Assembly (NCBI GenBank): GCA_965222235.1
Contig: OZ244939.1
Span: 557,942-621,941, forward strand
Direction: 5' to 3'
DNA length: 64,000 nt
Source of the DNA: Minisyncoccota bacterium
Lineage (GTDB): Bacteria; Patescibacteriota; Minisyncoccia; Phycocordibacterales; JABAAK01
Positions 39,009-48,721 of this stretch are shown here, piece after piece; the stretch's first letter is position 1; each line of letters opens with the position of its first letter. Position numbers and translations under genes: made by a program. The notes below the pieces were generated by a model. That model was not told where the DNA came from. It ran no database searches and saw only the letters and a program-made list of their open reading frames with translations.

Positions 39009-42000
39009 TTGTATACTATCTATATTGTTATGCATAGAAACTGTACCAAAATTTTTATACCAAACGGTGTTCATCGCACTAAAATAAGTGTTCCCTTACT
39101 TTTACTCTTCTCTCTCTTTGTTTTCCTATTGGTGATGCCGGTTTTTGCCGCTGACCCTGACCCCGAAGCTGCTCTGACTGTTGATCTTGTGGCAAGTTCA
39201 GATACCGGTGACAGCGACACCGATGATATAACACAGGATCACACACCCACGATTCTTGTCAGTCGTGGCGGAGGTCTTGAGGCATCGTATACCATTACCG
39301 TCAGCGCGTCAAAAGTAGACGCGACAGATGTTGTTGCGACCAGAGACGGTACGGGTGAGGTGACACTCGGTACCTTGTCGGACGGCATATGGACTATCAG
39401 TGCGCAAGCCGTCGATAGCTCATCATCAACAACGATAACGACAACACAGGAGGATTTGCTTGAGATAACAATTGAGAACTTTTTGACCGTTGATCTTGTG
39501 GCAGGTTCAGATACCGGTGACAGCGACACCGATGATGTAACAGGTGACCACACACCCACAATTCTTGTCAGTAGTTTCACAGATCTTGATGCATCATATG
39601 CCGTTACCGTCACCGCGCGACAGACGGATGCGACAAATGATGCGGAAGATGTTGTTGCGACCAGAGACGGTACGGGTGAGGTGACACTCGGCACCTTGTC
39701 GGACGGCATATGGACTATCAGTGCGCAAGCCGTCGATAGCTCATCAACAACAACGGTAACGACAATACAGGAGGATTTGCTTGAGATAAGAATTACTTCT
39801 GAGAACTTTTTGACTGTTGATCTTGTGGCAGGTTCAGATACCGGTGACAGCGACACCGATGATATAACAAAGGACAATACACCCACGATTCTTGTCAGTA
39901 GTGTCACAGATCTTGACGAATCGTACACCGTTACCGTCACCGCGCGACAGACGGATGCGGCAGATGTTGTTGCAACCAGAGCGGGTCCAGGTGAGGTGAC
40001 ACTCGGCACCTTGTCGGGCGGCGTATGGACTATCAGCGCGGAAGCTGTCAAGAGTGAAGACGTAGGAACGATAACGACGGATTTGGGGGTTGTGAAACCG
40101 GTCGTGAGAAAAACAGTGGTATTGACGCGGGAGTCGCTTGAGATAACAATTATTGATCTGATCATTGATCTTGTGGCAGGTTCAGATACCGGTATCAGCA
40201 GCACCGATGATGCAACCTGCGACGAAACACCCACGATTCGCGTCAGTGGTGCTCCCGGCGCGGGTCTTGACGAATCGTACACCGTTACCGTCACCGCACG
40301 AAGAGGGGGTTTGAAAGATGTTGTTGCAACCAGAGCGGGTCCAGGTGAGGTGACACTCGGCACCTTGGCGAATGATGGCGTATGGACTATCAGCGCAGAA
40401 GCTGTCAAAGGTTCATCAACGTTAATGTCACACCAGCCGCTTGAGATAAGCATTACTCGGTCGTCGCCTTCAGTGGAATTGGAGTGTGGAGTCAAAGAAC
40501 GATTTTCGTTACGACTTAAAGGTAGTTCAGATACCGGTCCTCTTGGTGCTGGCATAACTTCTGATACCACTCCCACATTTGTTGTTGAGGGAGTAGATTC
40601 GTATGCCGTTACCGTCACCGCACAAAAAGCGGGCTTGGAAGATGTTGTTGCAACCAGAGTTGGTAGAGGTGAGGTGACACTCGGTGTCAGTACCATCCTT
40701 TCTGCCCAGACAGCCGGCGACTGGAGTGCACTGGTAAGTAAGTTCACTACAACCACCTCAGATACTCTGACTGAGAGCACGTCAGTCTACACTGCTACAG
40801 ACACTGATGGAGATGGGGAAGCTGACACACTGACTCCGACATTTTCTGGTACGGCTGCCGAGGGTTCTGTTGTGCAGGTTGTCCTTGAGCGGAACGGGTA
40901 CAGTGTTTCAGTGCGTACTACTGCTAACCCGGATGGTACCTATTCTACTGTTGTGCCGCTTGCAGAAGCGACTAGTGTAGTTGGTGAGGGCCTGGAAAAC
41001 GGTGTCTGGTCAGTTACCGCTAAGAGCGTTAATGGCGAGACAACGGTCGCTACCGCGACCATGGAGATAACGATCATCGCTAACCCGGCCATTGCAGTCG
41101 ACCTCAAAAAAGATTCGGACACCGGTATAAGCGCGTATGATAATGTGACATTTGATGTTACACCCACATTTTCCATTATCGGTCTCACGATTCCCACTGA
41201 TACGGTAACTGTTATAGCAACCAACGGTCTGAAATCTGTACTTAAAACAGTGGAGGGTAACAGTGATTTCATCTTTCCTAATTCTTTTAATATCCCTTCC
41301 AACGAAATAGGCGGTGACTGGAAGGTCAAGGTCAGCGGAGCGACCAATGTATTCGACCATACGCTTAATTCAGATAGTGTTTTCACCTATACTGCCCCGG
41401 CAGTCAGTCTTGACCGATACCAAGCCGATCCCACGAACACCCAAGTACCTCTGCCTCCCGCCGAGGAGGGCGATACTGTTCCTCCCGGTCAGCGATATCC
41501 GAAGCCTATGTTTTCTGGCACAGCTCCCGTCAACGCGCCGATAGAGTTTGTCTTTGAGAAAGGAAGGTATTCATTTACCGCTACTGCTGTCGCTGATTCG
41601 GGCTGCCAATACGTCTCCAATGATGCTTACTCAAGGTGTGAATACACCATTGTTGCTCCGCTTAAAAATGCTATTGACTTGCTGTCTGAAGAAAATTTTG
41701 AAGGTATTGTAATACCCAGTACCATTCCTTCTGATCAGACAGGCGGCAACTGGAATGCTGTGGTGAGCGGAGCGACCACGGTCTCCTCGCAGACCCTGAG
41801 CGCTGACAACACGTTTGTTTACACCGCCACGGACGCTGGTAATGACGGGGTAGCCGACGATCTGAATCCGACATTTTCCGGTAGGGCTCCCGTCGGTTCT
41901 TTTGTGCGGTTTATTCTTAAGCGGAACGGGTACAGCGTTTCATTTGGTGATATTGTTGACTATAATGGCAGATATTCTATTGATGCGCCGCTTAAAAATG

Positions 42001-45000
42001 CGAGCAGTGACAGTCGCAGTAGTTTCGGGGCGGGTGTGTGGTCTATTTCCGCGGAGGGTACGGATTCAGCCGGCAACGACCTGTCTGCAGATCTTGATGT
42101 GACCGTTGTATCCGTCACACCTACGCGAATACCGATTAATCTTGATCCCCTTGCTATTGAGCGTCCAAGTGCAGATATAATAACAAGATATGTTACGCCT
42201 GATACTACGCCTGAATTTATCATAACCAACTTTCAGTCTGACACGATGCGTCGGGCGTCAATCGTCGCGAGAAAAAACGGTTCACCAACTGTTTCCAGAA
42301 GTATTAACAGCAACGGAATTTTTACGCTCTCCGATGCCCCTTTGGCGGACGGTGTTTGGTCTGTCGTTTTCCGATACGCTGACAGCAGACTCTTGTCAAA
42401 TAACATAGAAGATAAACTCTTTCTTGAGGTCACTGTTGACACCGGATTAGTGCTGCCAACCTTTAAACTGAAGACAACCTCCGACACAGGCGAAGATGAC
42501 ACCGATGGCCTGACATCTGACACCACGCCCACATTCACCATTGAGGGTATTCCGTCCGAGACTGTTGTTACTGTTACCGCTGAAAATATTGATGACGGGT
42601 CTGATGCCGTCACAAAAAGTATAACAGGCAGCGGCGATGTGACACTTGATTTAGAAGATTATAAAACATATGTCGTCACCGCGCGCACCCTGTTGGGCTG
42701 GAATCAGGAAATTGAGATAGGTATCGACAGCTTTTTCTACGGTCCCAATATTTCTCTTCATGAGTATTCGGACACAGGCGTGAGTAGCACCGACGGGATA
42801 ACGAATGATTCCACGCCGAAAATTACCGTTGCCGGTCTTTTTGCGCCGACAGGGACCGTAACGGTAACCGCGGCCAAAGCCGATTCATCGGGAGAAAATG
42901 TTGTTGCCACGAGAGCCGGCAGCGGTGATGTGACGCTCGGCGTTATTCCTCTCAGTCGGACAGCCGGCGATTGGAATGCCGTAGTGAGCGGAGCGACCAC
43001 GGTCTCCTCGCAGACTCTGAACGCTGACAATACATTTGTTTACACTGCCGCGGACGCTGATAGTGACGGGGAAGCTGACACGCTGATTCCGACATTTTCC
43101 GGTGCGGCTCCCGTTGATTCTATTGTGTGGTTTACCCTTGAGCGGGACGGATACAGTGTTTTGTTCGGTACTGTTGTCCGCGCGGACGGCACCTATTCCG
43201 TTGTCGCGCCGCTTGAAGAGGCGGTTAACGAAGAAAGCCGTTTGTCGGACGGTCTCTGGTTTATCTTCGCGTCAGGTCCTGATTTTTCAGATAACGGTGC
43301 AGTGTTCACCACAGAAACCATCAAAGTGACAGTCGTCACCGAGCCAGCATTGACGCTTGACCTTGATGAGGATTCAGATACGGGCGCGGACAACAGTGAT
43401 CATCTGACATCCGACAACACGCCGACCATTATTCTCAGCGGCTCCATCCCCGATACTACCAATCTAAAATTAACCGCGCGTCAATCGGGATCGCCTGATA
43501 GGATTCTCGGCAGTCCGAGCGGTTCCGAATTCACTGTCGGTGCTGCAAGTTCGATCCTAGAACCCAAAGAGAAGATTGGATCTGTTTTTTGTTCTTTCGA
43601 GTGGAGGGTTAAAACACACGGAGCAATTACGGTATCCTACGGTAGTGGTCCAACCACCCATGAACTTACTCCTGAACAAGGAGGTAAAAGTTCTTTCACC
43701 TACCACCCCGCCTCCGCATGCAGCACCGGTGCTCTTAGTCCTGTGCTGACCGGTACCGCCCTTCCCGGCTCACTCGTTGCCTTTACCTTTACCTATAACG
43801 GGTACAGTATCACATCTGTCACCACCGCCGATGCCAGCGGTAGCTATTCTACTGATTCCATCATTCTTGCAGATGCAGGGAGAAGTTTTGTCAGCCACCA
43901 TCTTTACCAGAGGGTTTCCCATTTAATTGAGCCGCTTACAGACGGTGTGTGGTCTATAACAGCGGAAGCGGAAGCCGATACCGGTACAAATATAGATATA
44001 GCCGGCAATGTAATAACACCGGTAACTATTGATATATCTATTGATACTACGGCACCGACTCTGGTCTCACTCGGGACGCCGGATGTTTCAACCGAGCGAC
44101 AGGTAACACTGTCGCTTGTCGCGACGCACAATCAGCACAGCAGCTACGCGGATCTACCTGAAACACTGCGGCCGATCTTCGGCGGCGACTGTTCAGACTT
44201 TGCAGCAGACACTGACTGGACAGATAGCACGCCGGCGGACGGGGAGGCAAACACATACGGGGTGACTGTTCCCGCGAGAGGTCTTTATGATGCCTGCACA
44301 GTGAAACTTGTTGACGGATTGGGAAATGAGAGCAATACACTCACTTTTGATGCATTCACCGTCAGTCGCGGTGGTGACAGTGGTAGTAGCGGTGGTAGTA
44401 GCGGTGGTAGTAGCGGTGGTAGTAGCGGTGGTAGTAGCGGTGGTAGTAGTGGTGGTAGTAGTAGCGGTGGTAGTGGTGGCAGTGGTAGTGGTGGCAGTGA
44501 TAGCAACAACAGCGCAGCGGGTGACAGTCGTAGAGGCGGCGGTATTCCGTATATCGGGTATTCCGGCAGTCATCGTGACAACTTCTGGGCCCCTTCATTA
44601 GATCTTACGTTTAGTCAACAGGGACTGCACGGGCAATCAGTCACACCCGCACTGCCTGTAATAACGGAGTCGTACCGCAAGCGGCGTATTGAGGAGATCA
44701 AGCTGCTTATTGAGGAAATCAAGTCAAAACTGCAGCAGTATCTCAAAGAGAGTAAATCACCCCTGCCCGCAACACCACCGGCCTTCATCAGAGATCTCGG
44801 TATCGGTTCAACGGGTGAAGATGTACGACGACTGCAAGTTTTTCTCAATCAAAACAATCACCCTCTGGCTGAAGCGGGACATGGTTCTCCGGGAAGTGAG
44901 ACAGCCTACTACGGCATCAGAACACGGGCGGCGAAAGAACGGTATCAAAAGACGCACGGCATACAGCCGACAGTTGAGTACGGTCACTTCGGAGCTGCCA

Positions 45001-45047
45001 GCAGGGCACATGTCAACAATGCTCTGAGCAGACAAGGAGGTAGTTAG
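39009..45047 (+). CDS. Giant (2012 aa) cell-surface adhesin-like protein: signal peptide, many Ig-like repeat domains, Gly/Ser-rich linker, C-terminal peptidoglycan-binding (PG_binding_1-like) domain
   Basis: It carries repeated D-L-V-A-x-S-D-T-G-x-S-x-T-D-x-I-T-x-D-x-T-P-T-I modules, a (GGSS)n run, and a terminal FIRDLGIGSTGEDVRRLQVFLN...YYGIRTRAAKERYQKTHGIQ... matching the PG-binding fold. Confidence 0.75.
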   Translation: MYTIYIVMHRNCTKIFIPNGVHRTKISVPLLLLFSLFVFLLVMPVFAADPDPEAALTVDLVASSDTGDSDTDDITQDHTPTILVSRGGGLEASYTITVSASKVDATDVVATRDGTGEVTLGTLSDGIWTISAQAVDSSSSTTITTTQEDLLEITIENFLTVDLVAGSDTGDSDTDDVTGDHTPTILVSSFTDLDASYAVTVTARQTDATNDAEDVVATRDGTGEVTLGTLSDGIWTISAQAVDSSSTTTVTTIQEDLLEIRITSENFLTVDLVAGSDTGDSDTDDITKDNTPTILVSSVTDLDESYTVTVTARQTDAADVVATRAGPGEVTLGTLSGGVWTISAEAVKSEDVGTITTDLGVVKPVVRKTVVLTRESLEITIIDLIIDLVAGSDTGISSTDDATCDETPTIRVSGAPGAGLDESYTVTVTARRGGLKDVVATRAGPGEVTLGTLANDGVWTISAEAVKGSSTLMSHQPLEISITRSSPSVELECGVKERFSLRLKGSSDTGPLGAGITSDTTPTFVVEGVDSYAVTVTAQKAGLEDVVATRVGRGEVTLGVSTILSAQTAGDWSALVSKFTTTTSDTLTESTSVYTATDTDGDGEADTLTPTFSGTAAEGSVVQVVLERNGYSVSVRTTANPDGTYSTVVPLAEATSVVGEGLENGVWSVTAKSVNGETTVATATMEITIIANPAIAVDLKKDSDTGISAYDNVTFDVTPTFSIIGLTIPTDTVTVIATNGLKSVLKTVEGNSDFIFPNSFNIPSNEIGGDWKVKVSGATNVFDHTLNSDSVFTYTAPAVSLDRYQADPTNTQVPLPPAEEGDTVPPGQRYPKPMFSGTAPVNAPIEFVFEKGRYSFTATAVADSGCQYVSNDAYSRCEYTIVAPLKNAIDLLSEENFEGIVIPSTIPSDQTGGNWNAVVSGATTVSSQTLSADNTFVYTATDAGNDGVADDLNPTFSGRAPVGSFVRFILKRNGYSVSFGDIVDYNGRYSIDAPLKNASSDSRSSFGAGVWSISAEGTDSAGNDLSADLDVTVVSVTPTRIPINLDPLAIERPSADIITRYVTPDTTPEFIITNFQSDTMRRASIVARKNGSPTVSRSINSNGIFTLSDAPLADGVWSVVFRYADSRLLSNNIEDKLFLEVTVDTGLVLPTFKLKTTSDTGEDDTDGLTSDTTPTFTIEGIPSETVVTVTAENIDDGSDAVTKSITGSGDVTLDLEDYKTYVVTARTLLGWNQEIEIGIDSFFYGPNISLHEYSDTGVSSTDGITNDSTPKITVAGLFAPTGTVTVTAAKADSSGENVVATRAGSGDVTLGVIPLSRTAGDWNAVVSGATTVSSQTLNADNTFVYTAADADSDGEADTLIPTFSGAAPVDSIVWFTLERDGYSVLFGTVVRADGTYSVVAPLEEAVNEESRLSDGLWFIFASGPDFSDNGAVFTTETIKVTVVTEPALTLDLDEDSDTGADNSDHLTSDNTPTIILSGSIPDTTNLKLTARQSGSPDRILGSPSGSEFTVGAASSILEPKEKIGSVFCSFEWRVKTHGAITVSYGSGPTTHELTPEQGGKSSFTYHPASACSTGALSPVLTGTALPGSLVAFTFTYNGYSITSVTTADASGSYSTDSIILADAGRSFVSHHLYQRVSHLIEPLTDGVWSITAEAEADTGTNIDIAGNVITPVTIDISIDTTAPTLVSLGTPDVSTERQVTLSLVATHNQHSSYADLPETLRPIFGGDCSDFAADTDWTDSTPADGEANTYGVTVPARGLYDACTVKLVDGLGNESNTLTFDAFTVSRGGDSGSSGGSSGGSSGGSSGGSSGGSSGGSSSGGSGGSGSGGSDSNNSAAGDSRRGGGIPYIGYSGSHRDNFWAPSLDLTFSQQGLHGQSVTPALPVITESYRKRRIEEIKLLIEEIKSKLQQYLKESKSPLPATPPAFIRDLGIGSTGEDVRRLQVFLNQNNHPLAEAGHGSPGSETAYYGIRTRAAKERYQKTHGIQPTVEYGHFGAASRAHVNNALSRQGGS
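39170..40450 (+). repeat. ~330-bp near-identical tandem coding repeats (x4) encoding N-terminal Ig-like modules
   Basis: Blocks such as gttgatcttgtggcaggttcagataccggtgacagcgacaccgatgat... and gatgttgttgcgaccagagacggtacgggtgaggtgacactcgg recur at ~330-bp spacing. Confidence 0.75.
44383..44505 (+). repeat. 12-bp microsatellite (agcggtggtagt)n encoding a (SGGS)n linker
   Basis: The repeat units are directly visible. Confidence 0.85.
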
Positions 45048-45079
45048 CTAGTGCTGTGCCGAATGCACCGAAGCCCTGA

Positions 45080-45400
45080 TCCCACCGAACGGGCTAATCT
45101 TTTCAAAGCTCCACTCCGTTGCGCACCGATCCTCGTGGCACTCCGCTCCCGCGCCAACCGCGGAGAAGGGCGCGAAATATGGAACGGCAGGGAAGGTATT
45201 GCATACGCAAACCCTCCCTGTTTTTTCACTTCTGCTCGGTTCGGCTCCGTTCAGTTCACTTTTCCCACTCCTCCTCTTTTCGCTGCGCTGTCGCTCCGCG
45301 GAAAGTGTCAGAGCCGGAAATGCCTGTGCGAATCTGAAGGCGATACTTGACCCGCACATGCTACACAACACATCCGTTGCGACAGGGAACATTGTGTTTA
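45080..45400. repeat. R-element family copy (degenerate core + body) immediately downstream of the giant adhesin gene
   Basis: Bases 45105-45160 are the reverse complement of 49760-49810. Bases 45215-45300 are similar to 16560-16650. Confidence 0.6.
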
Positions 45401-45475
45401 TGATGTCCACTACACTTTTCAAAAATATCAATTATTCATATATCGTATACTTAATTTCTTAACTGTAATTGTGAT

Positions 45476-46045
45476 TCATTTTATAAAAACCTTACATTTT
45501 TTTGCCTCGTTCATTAATTTTGTATAAGTAATTGATTCAATGAAATAATGTTTTTTATGATGGTCGTATGTTTTATTATTGATATGAAATTGCCCCTCTC
45601 CAATATTACCCCTATGCTGTTTATCTGAATAATTTATCTTTTCATCTCTTTGTATCTGCTTTTTTTCTATTTCAAATATCTCAATCACATCATTAAAAAA
45701 TAATAAGTATATCATCTTATCAAAGAGTTTTACTTTTATTTGTTGAATGTTACAATCAAATTCAAATTTACCCACATCTTTTTGTTTTATCAGTCTGTTT
45801 CTATTACTATTATTTATTATGATTTCATAAAAATTCTCAATATTCATATCTAACTTCTGTTTTTTAAAAACTTTTGATGCTTTTACCTCAACTTTATTAT
45901 TATTTATATCCACCAAATCAAACTCCAATTTTTTACTTTCTATGCATTTTTTCAGTATCATAACGATAATCTCAGCAGCAGTTCCGAACTGCCTTGTGTG
46001 TATATCAATAATGCCATCCCGAAATTTCTCACTATCCATACCCAA
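45476..46045 (-). CDS. Putative type II restriction endonuclease of RM cassette 3
   Basis: It is co-directional with, and overlaps by 14 nt, the upstream MTase. FDLVDINNNKVEVKASK fits the D...ExK motif of PD-(D/E)xK nucleases. It is very AT-rich. Confidence 0.5.
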   Translation of the reverse strand: MGMDSEKFRDGIIDIHTRQFGTAAEIIVMILKKCIESKKLEFDLVDINNNKVEVKASKVFKKQKLDMNIENFYEIIINNSNRNRLIKQKDVGKFEFDCNIQQIKVKLFDKMIYLLFFNDVIEIFEIEKKQIQRDEKINYSDKQHRGNIGEGQFHINNKTYDHHKKHYFIESITYTKLMNEAKKCKVFIK

Positions 46046-46823
46046 TTTTTCTTATTCGTTTTTCCATTATGTCAAAATACTCTTTTTTGTTCTCAAAACA
46101 GATATATTTTCTATTGCATTGTATTGATGAAACAGCGGTTGTTCCGCTGCCGGCAAAAGGATCTAACACAGCATCACCTTCATTACTGAATACCTGCACT
46201 ATTCTGTCCATCAGCATTAATGGTTTTTGAGTCGGGTGTTTCACTCTCTCTTTTGACCACGGAACAATCGGAGAAACATCGGTCCATACATTAGAGAGTG
46301 CTCTGTATCGGTTACCATTTTTTCTGCCAATTGTCCCGCCGGTTTTTTTGAGAATCGTTGAAGAAATTTTATTGTATGTGTGTGTTTTCTCATCCTTCAC
46401 ATACCACAAAATGTCCTCTCTCGTGGAGACAAGGTTGGTTTTTGCTCCTCGTCCCTTTATCCTGTCGTAAATTATCCAATTTTTTAATGTAAATAGCGCG
46501 CTGATTTCAGTATGGGTCAGCATCACATTAGACCATCCTTGAAACACTATGAGATTACCCGTTGGTTTTAGTATTCTATTGAATTCTTTTGTTAACAGAT
46601 TCCAATTCAAAAAACCTTTCGCATCCCATTCATTTCCTTCAAAATTTATTTCATACGGAGGATCGGTCGCTATCAAGTCAACTGAATTTTCAGGAAGTTT
46701 CGGGAGTAGCTCAATACAATCACCCAAAACAATCTGATTTTCAAGAGATTTTACCGAATCAACTCTATCTGTAAAAACAGATTTTCGGTTTTCTACACCT
46801 GTTAGTAACATGCCTTGCTCCAT
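46032..46823 (-). CDS. DNA methyltransferase, beta-class (DPPY ... FAGSGTT)
   Basis: VDLIATDPPYEINF early, DPFAGSGTTAV late. Confidence 0.85.
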   Translation of the reverse strand: MEQGMLLTGVENRKSVFTDRVDSVKSLENQIVLGDCIELLPKLPENSVDLIATDPPYEINFEGNEWDAKGFLNWNLLTKEFNRILKPTGNLIVFQGWSNVMLTHTEISALFTLKNWIIYDRIKGRGAKTNLVSTREDILWYVKDEKTHTYNKISSTILKKTGGTIGRKNGNRYRALSNVWTDVSPIVPWSKERVKHPTQKPLMLMDRIVQVFSNEGDAVLDPFAGSGTTAVSSIQCNRKYICFENKKEYFDIMEKRIRKIGYG

Positions 46824-46852
46824 CTATAAAATTATACCATGCAGTAGCGTAT

Positions 46853-47112
46853 TAGAAGGCGATAATATCACACCTTGAAGTTTTAATAGAAAAGCAGAGT
46901 GCCAAGTCTCCCGGAAGAAAAGTTTTTGAGGCGATGCTTGATCGCATCGCCGAGGGAGAGGCAGAAGGAATTCTTGCGTGGCATCCGGACAGACTCGCCC
47001 GCAACATGACGGACGGGGCGAAACTGGTTGAATTGATTGAATCAGTCGGCGCGTCTCTTGTCTTTCCCACTTACCATTTTGACAATACGCCTCACGGTAT
47101 CTTCTGCCTCTC
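46853..47112 (+). pseudogene. Internal fragment of a serine recombinase gene (residues ~55-140), truncated upstream by RM cassette 3 and downstream by the R-element core
   Basis: ...SHLEVLIEKQSAKSPGRKVFEAMLDRIAEGEAEGILAWHPDRLARNMTDGAKLVELIE...FPTYHFDNTPHG aligns with LEVLEERQSAKEPGRPVFNRVLSRIYDGEATGILAWHPDRLARNSIDGGQIIHLID...FPTFWFEPTPQG of the 24772 protein. The sequence then runs into ctttttaccttcaagcct. Confidence 0.6.
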
Positions 47113-47384
47113 CCTTTTTACCTTCAAGCCTTGCCAACAGGATAGCACTCAAACTCAAAAAGGACTTTGAAAACACCAATTTGCACGCTCCACCCACCCC
47201 ATAGCCCTAACCCGTCACTTCCGCTCTAGACACTCAGTAAACACGTTGACCAGTCGCGTCGCACCCCTCGGGCCCGTGTTCACTACGTTCACACAATCCC
47301 TCTGGGCGCGCCGCTCCCCGCGCCAATCACCGTCGTCATTTCCTTTTTCTATTTAGTCGCCCCCGCACCCCGCGTGCTCGCCTC
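47110..47384. repeat. R-element family copy (core ctttttaccttcaagcct at ~47115-47132 + diverged body)
   Basis: It aligns at about 65-70% with 20265-20588 in the same orientation. Confidence 0.6.
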
Positions 47385-47448
47385 CATAGTACCAAGCGGG
47401 CGTATGTGTTTTTTCTTTTTGTTGCACTTCAGGTGCGAATTCAATTCT
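47385..47448 (-). mobile_element. Solo ~62-bp fragment of the IS30-family left end
   Basis: ccatagtaccaagcgggcgtatgtgttttttctttttgttgcacttcaggtgcgaattcaattc is the reverse complement of 11469-11533. Confidence 0.65.
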
Positions 47449-47491
47449 GCCCTGATAGATATGTTTATTTTAATGTTAGAATATAAGTACT

Positions 47492-48721
47492 ATGTCAGTT
47501 ACCCAAAAGAGAGTGGAAGTTCAACAAAACCAGCTCTTCAAAGATTCTGATTTTATTTTTAAACCAAAAAATCTTGAAACAGAAGGTGTAAAATATATTG
47601 GATCAAAAAAAGAGATACTTCCGAAAATATTACTCATACTTGAATTATTAAAAAAACAAATTGATATAAATACCGTACTAGACGGTTTTTCTGGCTCAAC
47701 AAGAGTCACACAAGCATTGGCAAAAAATGATTTTAATGTTATATCAAATGATACTGCCATTTACTCAAAAATTTTTGCAGAGTGTTACTTAATGACAAAA
47801 AAAGATATCGGTTATTATGCTAAAAAAATTGATACCTTAAATGATTTAGAAGGAAAAGACGGATGGTTCTCGGCACACTATGGTGGCGCTGAAAATAACG
47901 GTTTATCAGTGGGAGGAGATGGGAAGAAGAAAATGTGGCAGCTACACAATACAAGAAAGCTTGATACGATGCTGGAAGTCATACATGCAGAAAAAGATCA
48001 ACAAGATAAAAGTGTATTACTCACCTCCCTTATGCTAGGTCTCGACAAGGTTGACAGTTCACTTGGTCATCAGGTTTCATACCTTAAAGAATGGGCAAGT
48101 CGGTCATATAATACATTAAAGTTATCTGTACCTCACTATTGGGTTAACAATGGAAAACATGACATACATAATAAGGACATATTCAAATTGATTGAAGAAA
48201 TTACTGTTGATGTCGCATACTATGATCCGCCGTATTGTTCAAACAATGAAAAGATGCCCGCTTCCCGTGTTCGGTATAATTCTTATTACCATATATGGAC
48301 ATCTGTCTGTCTGAATGACACTCCGGAAGTTTTTGGTGTCTGTAATCGAAGAAAAGATACCAGTGATAAGACCGCAATATCGGTATTTGAAGAATTCAGA
48401 AGAGATTTGGAAACAAATGAATATATCACCACACTGCAAATAAAGAAGTTAATTGAAAGGACAAAAGCGAAATGTATTATATTTTCATATTCAAGTAGCG
48501 GTCGTACTGATAAAAAAAGTTTCAAAAAAATATTAAATGAATTGGATTTAAATTTTTTATTTTATGAATTTGATTATAAAAAGAATATTATGCATGCATT
48601 AAAGTCAACCAATGAATGGATAAATGAACAAGGGAATAGGGAGTATTTAATTATGATAGACAAACAAGGGGGTGTTGATTTTGAAGAAATTGAAAGAAAT
48701 CTAACATCCGTATTTCTGTAA
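47492..48721 (+). CDS. Dam-like (alpha-class, D12 family) N6-adenine DNA methyltransferase with ~120-aa C-terminal extension
   Basis: KYIGSKKEILPKIL, LDGFSGSTRVTQAL (FxGxG-like) and DVAYYDPPYC. Confidence 0.8.
   Translation: MSVTQKRVEVQQNQLFKDSDFIFKPKNLETEGVKYIGSKKEILPKILLILELLKKQIDINTVLDGFSGSTRVTQALAKNDFNVISNDTAIYSKIFAECYLMTKKDIGYYAKKIDTLNDLEGKDGWFSAHYGGAENNGLSVGGDGKKKMWQLHNTRKLDTMLEVIHAEKDQQDKSVLLTSLMLGLDKVDSSLGHQVSYLKEWASRSYNTLKLSVPHYWVNNGKHDIHNKDIFKLIEEITVDVAYYDPPYCSNNEKMPASRVRYNSYYHIWTSVCLNDTPEVFGVCNRRKDTSDKTAISVFEEFRRDLETNEYITTLQIKKLIERTKAKCIIFSYSSSGRTDKKSFKKILNELDLNFLFYEFDYKKNIMHALKSTNEWINEQGNREYLIMIDKQGGVDFEEIERNLTSVFL

Noticed and set aside
39239-40780. 513-aa antisense ORF inside the giant adhesin gene, and similar long antisense ORFs (32957..34156 across the M50 protease and rpsL; 35705..36289 in fusA; 10067..10585 and 10483..11025 in gyrB; 59593..60075 in ligA)
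   Set aside because: These are typical stop-poor antisense frames in GC-rich coding DNA. In every case the sense strand encodes a well-supported conserved protein.
44362-44601. His/Tyr-rich and Val/Ala-rich ORFs over the GS microsatellite
   Set aside because: They are alternative-frame translations of the (agcggtggtagt)n repeat. The sense frame is the (SGGS)n linker of the adhesin.
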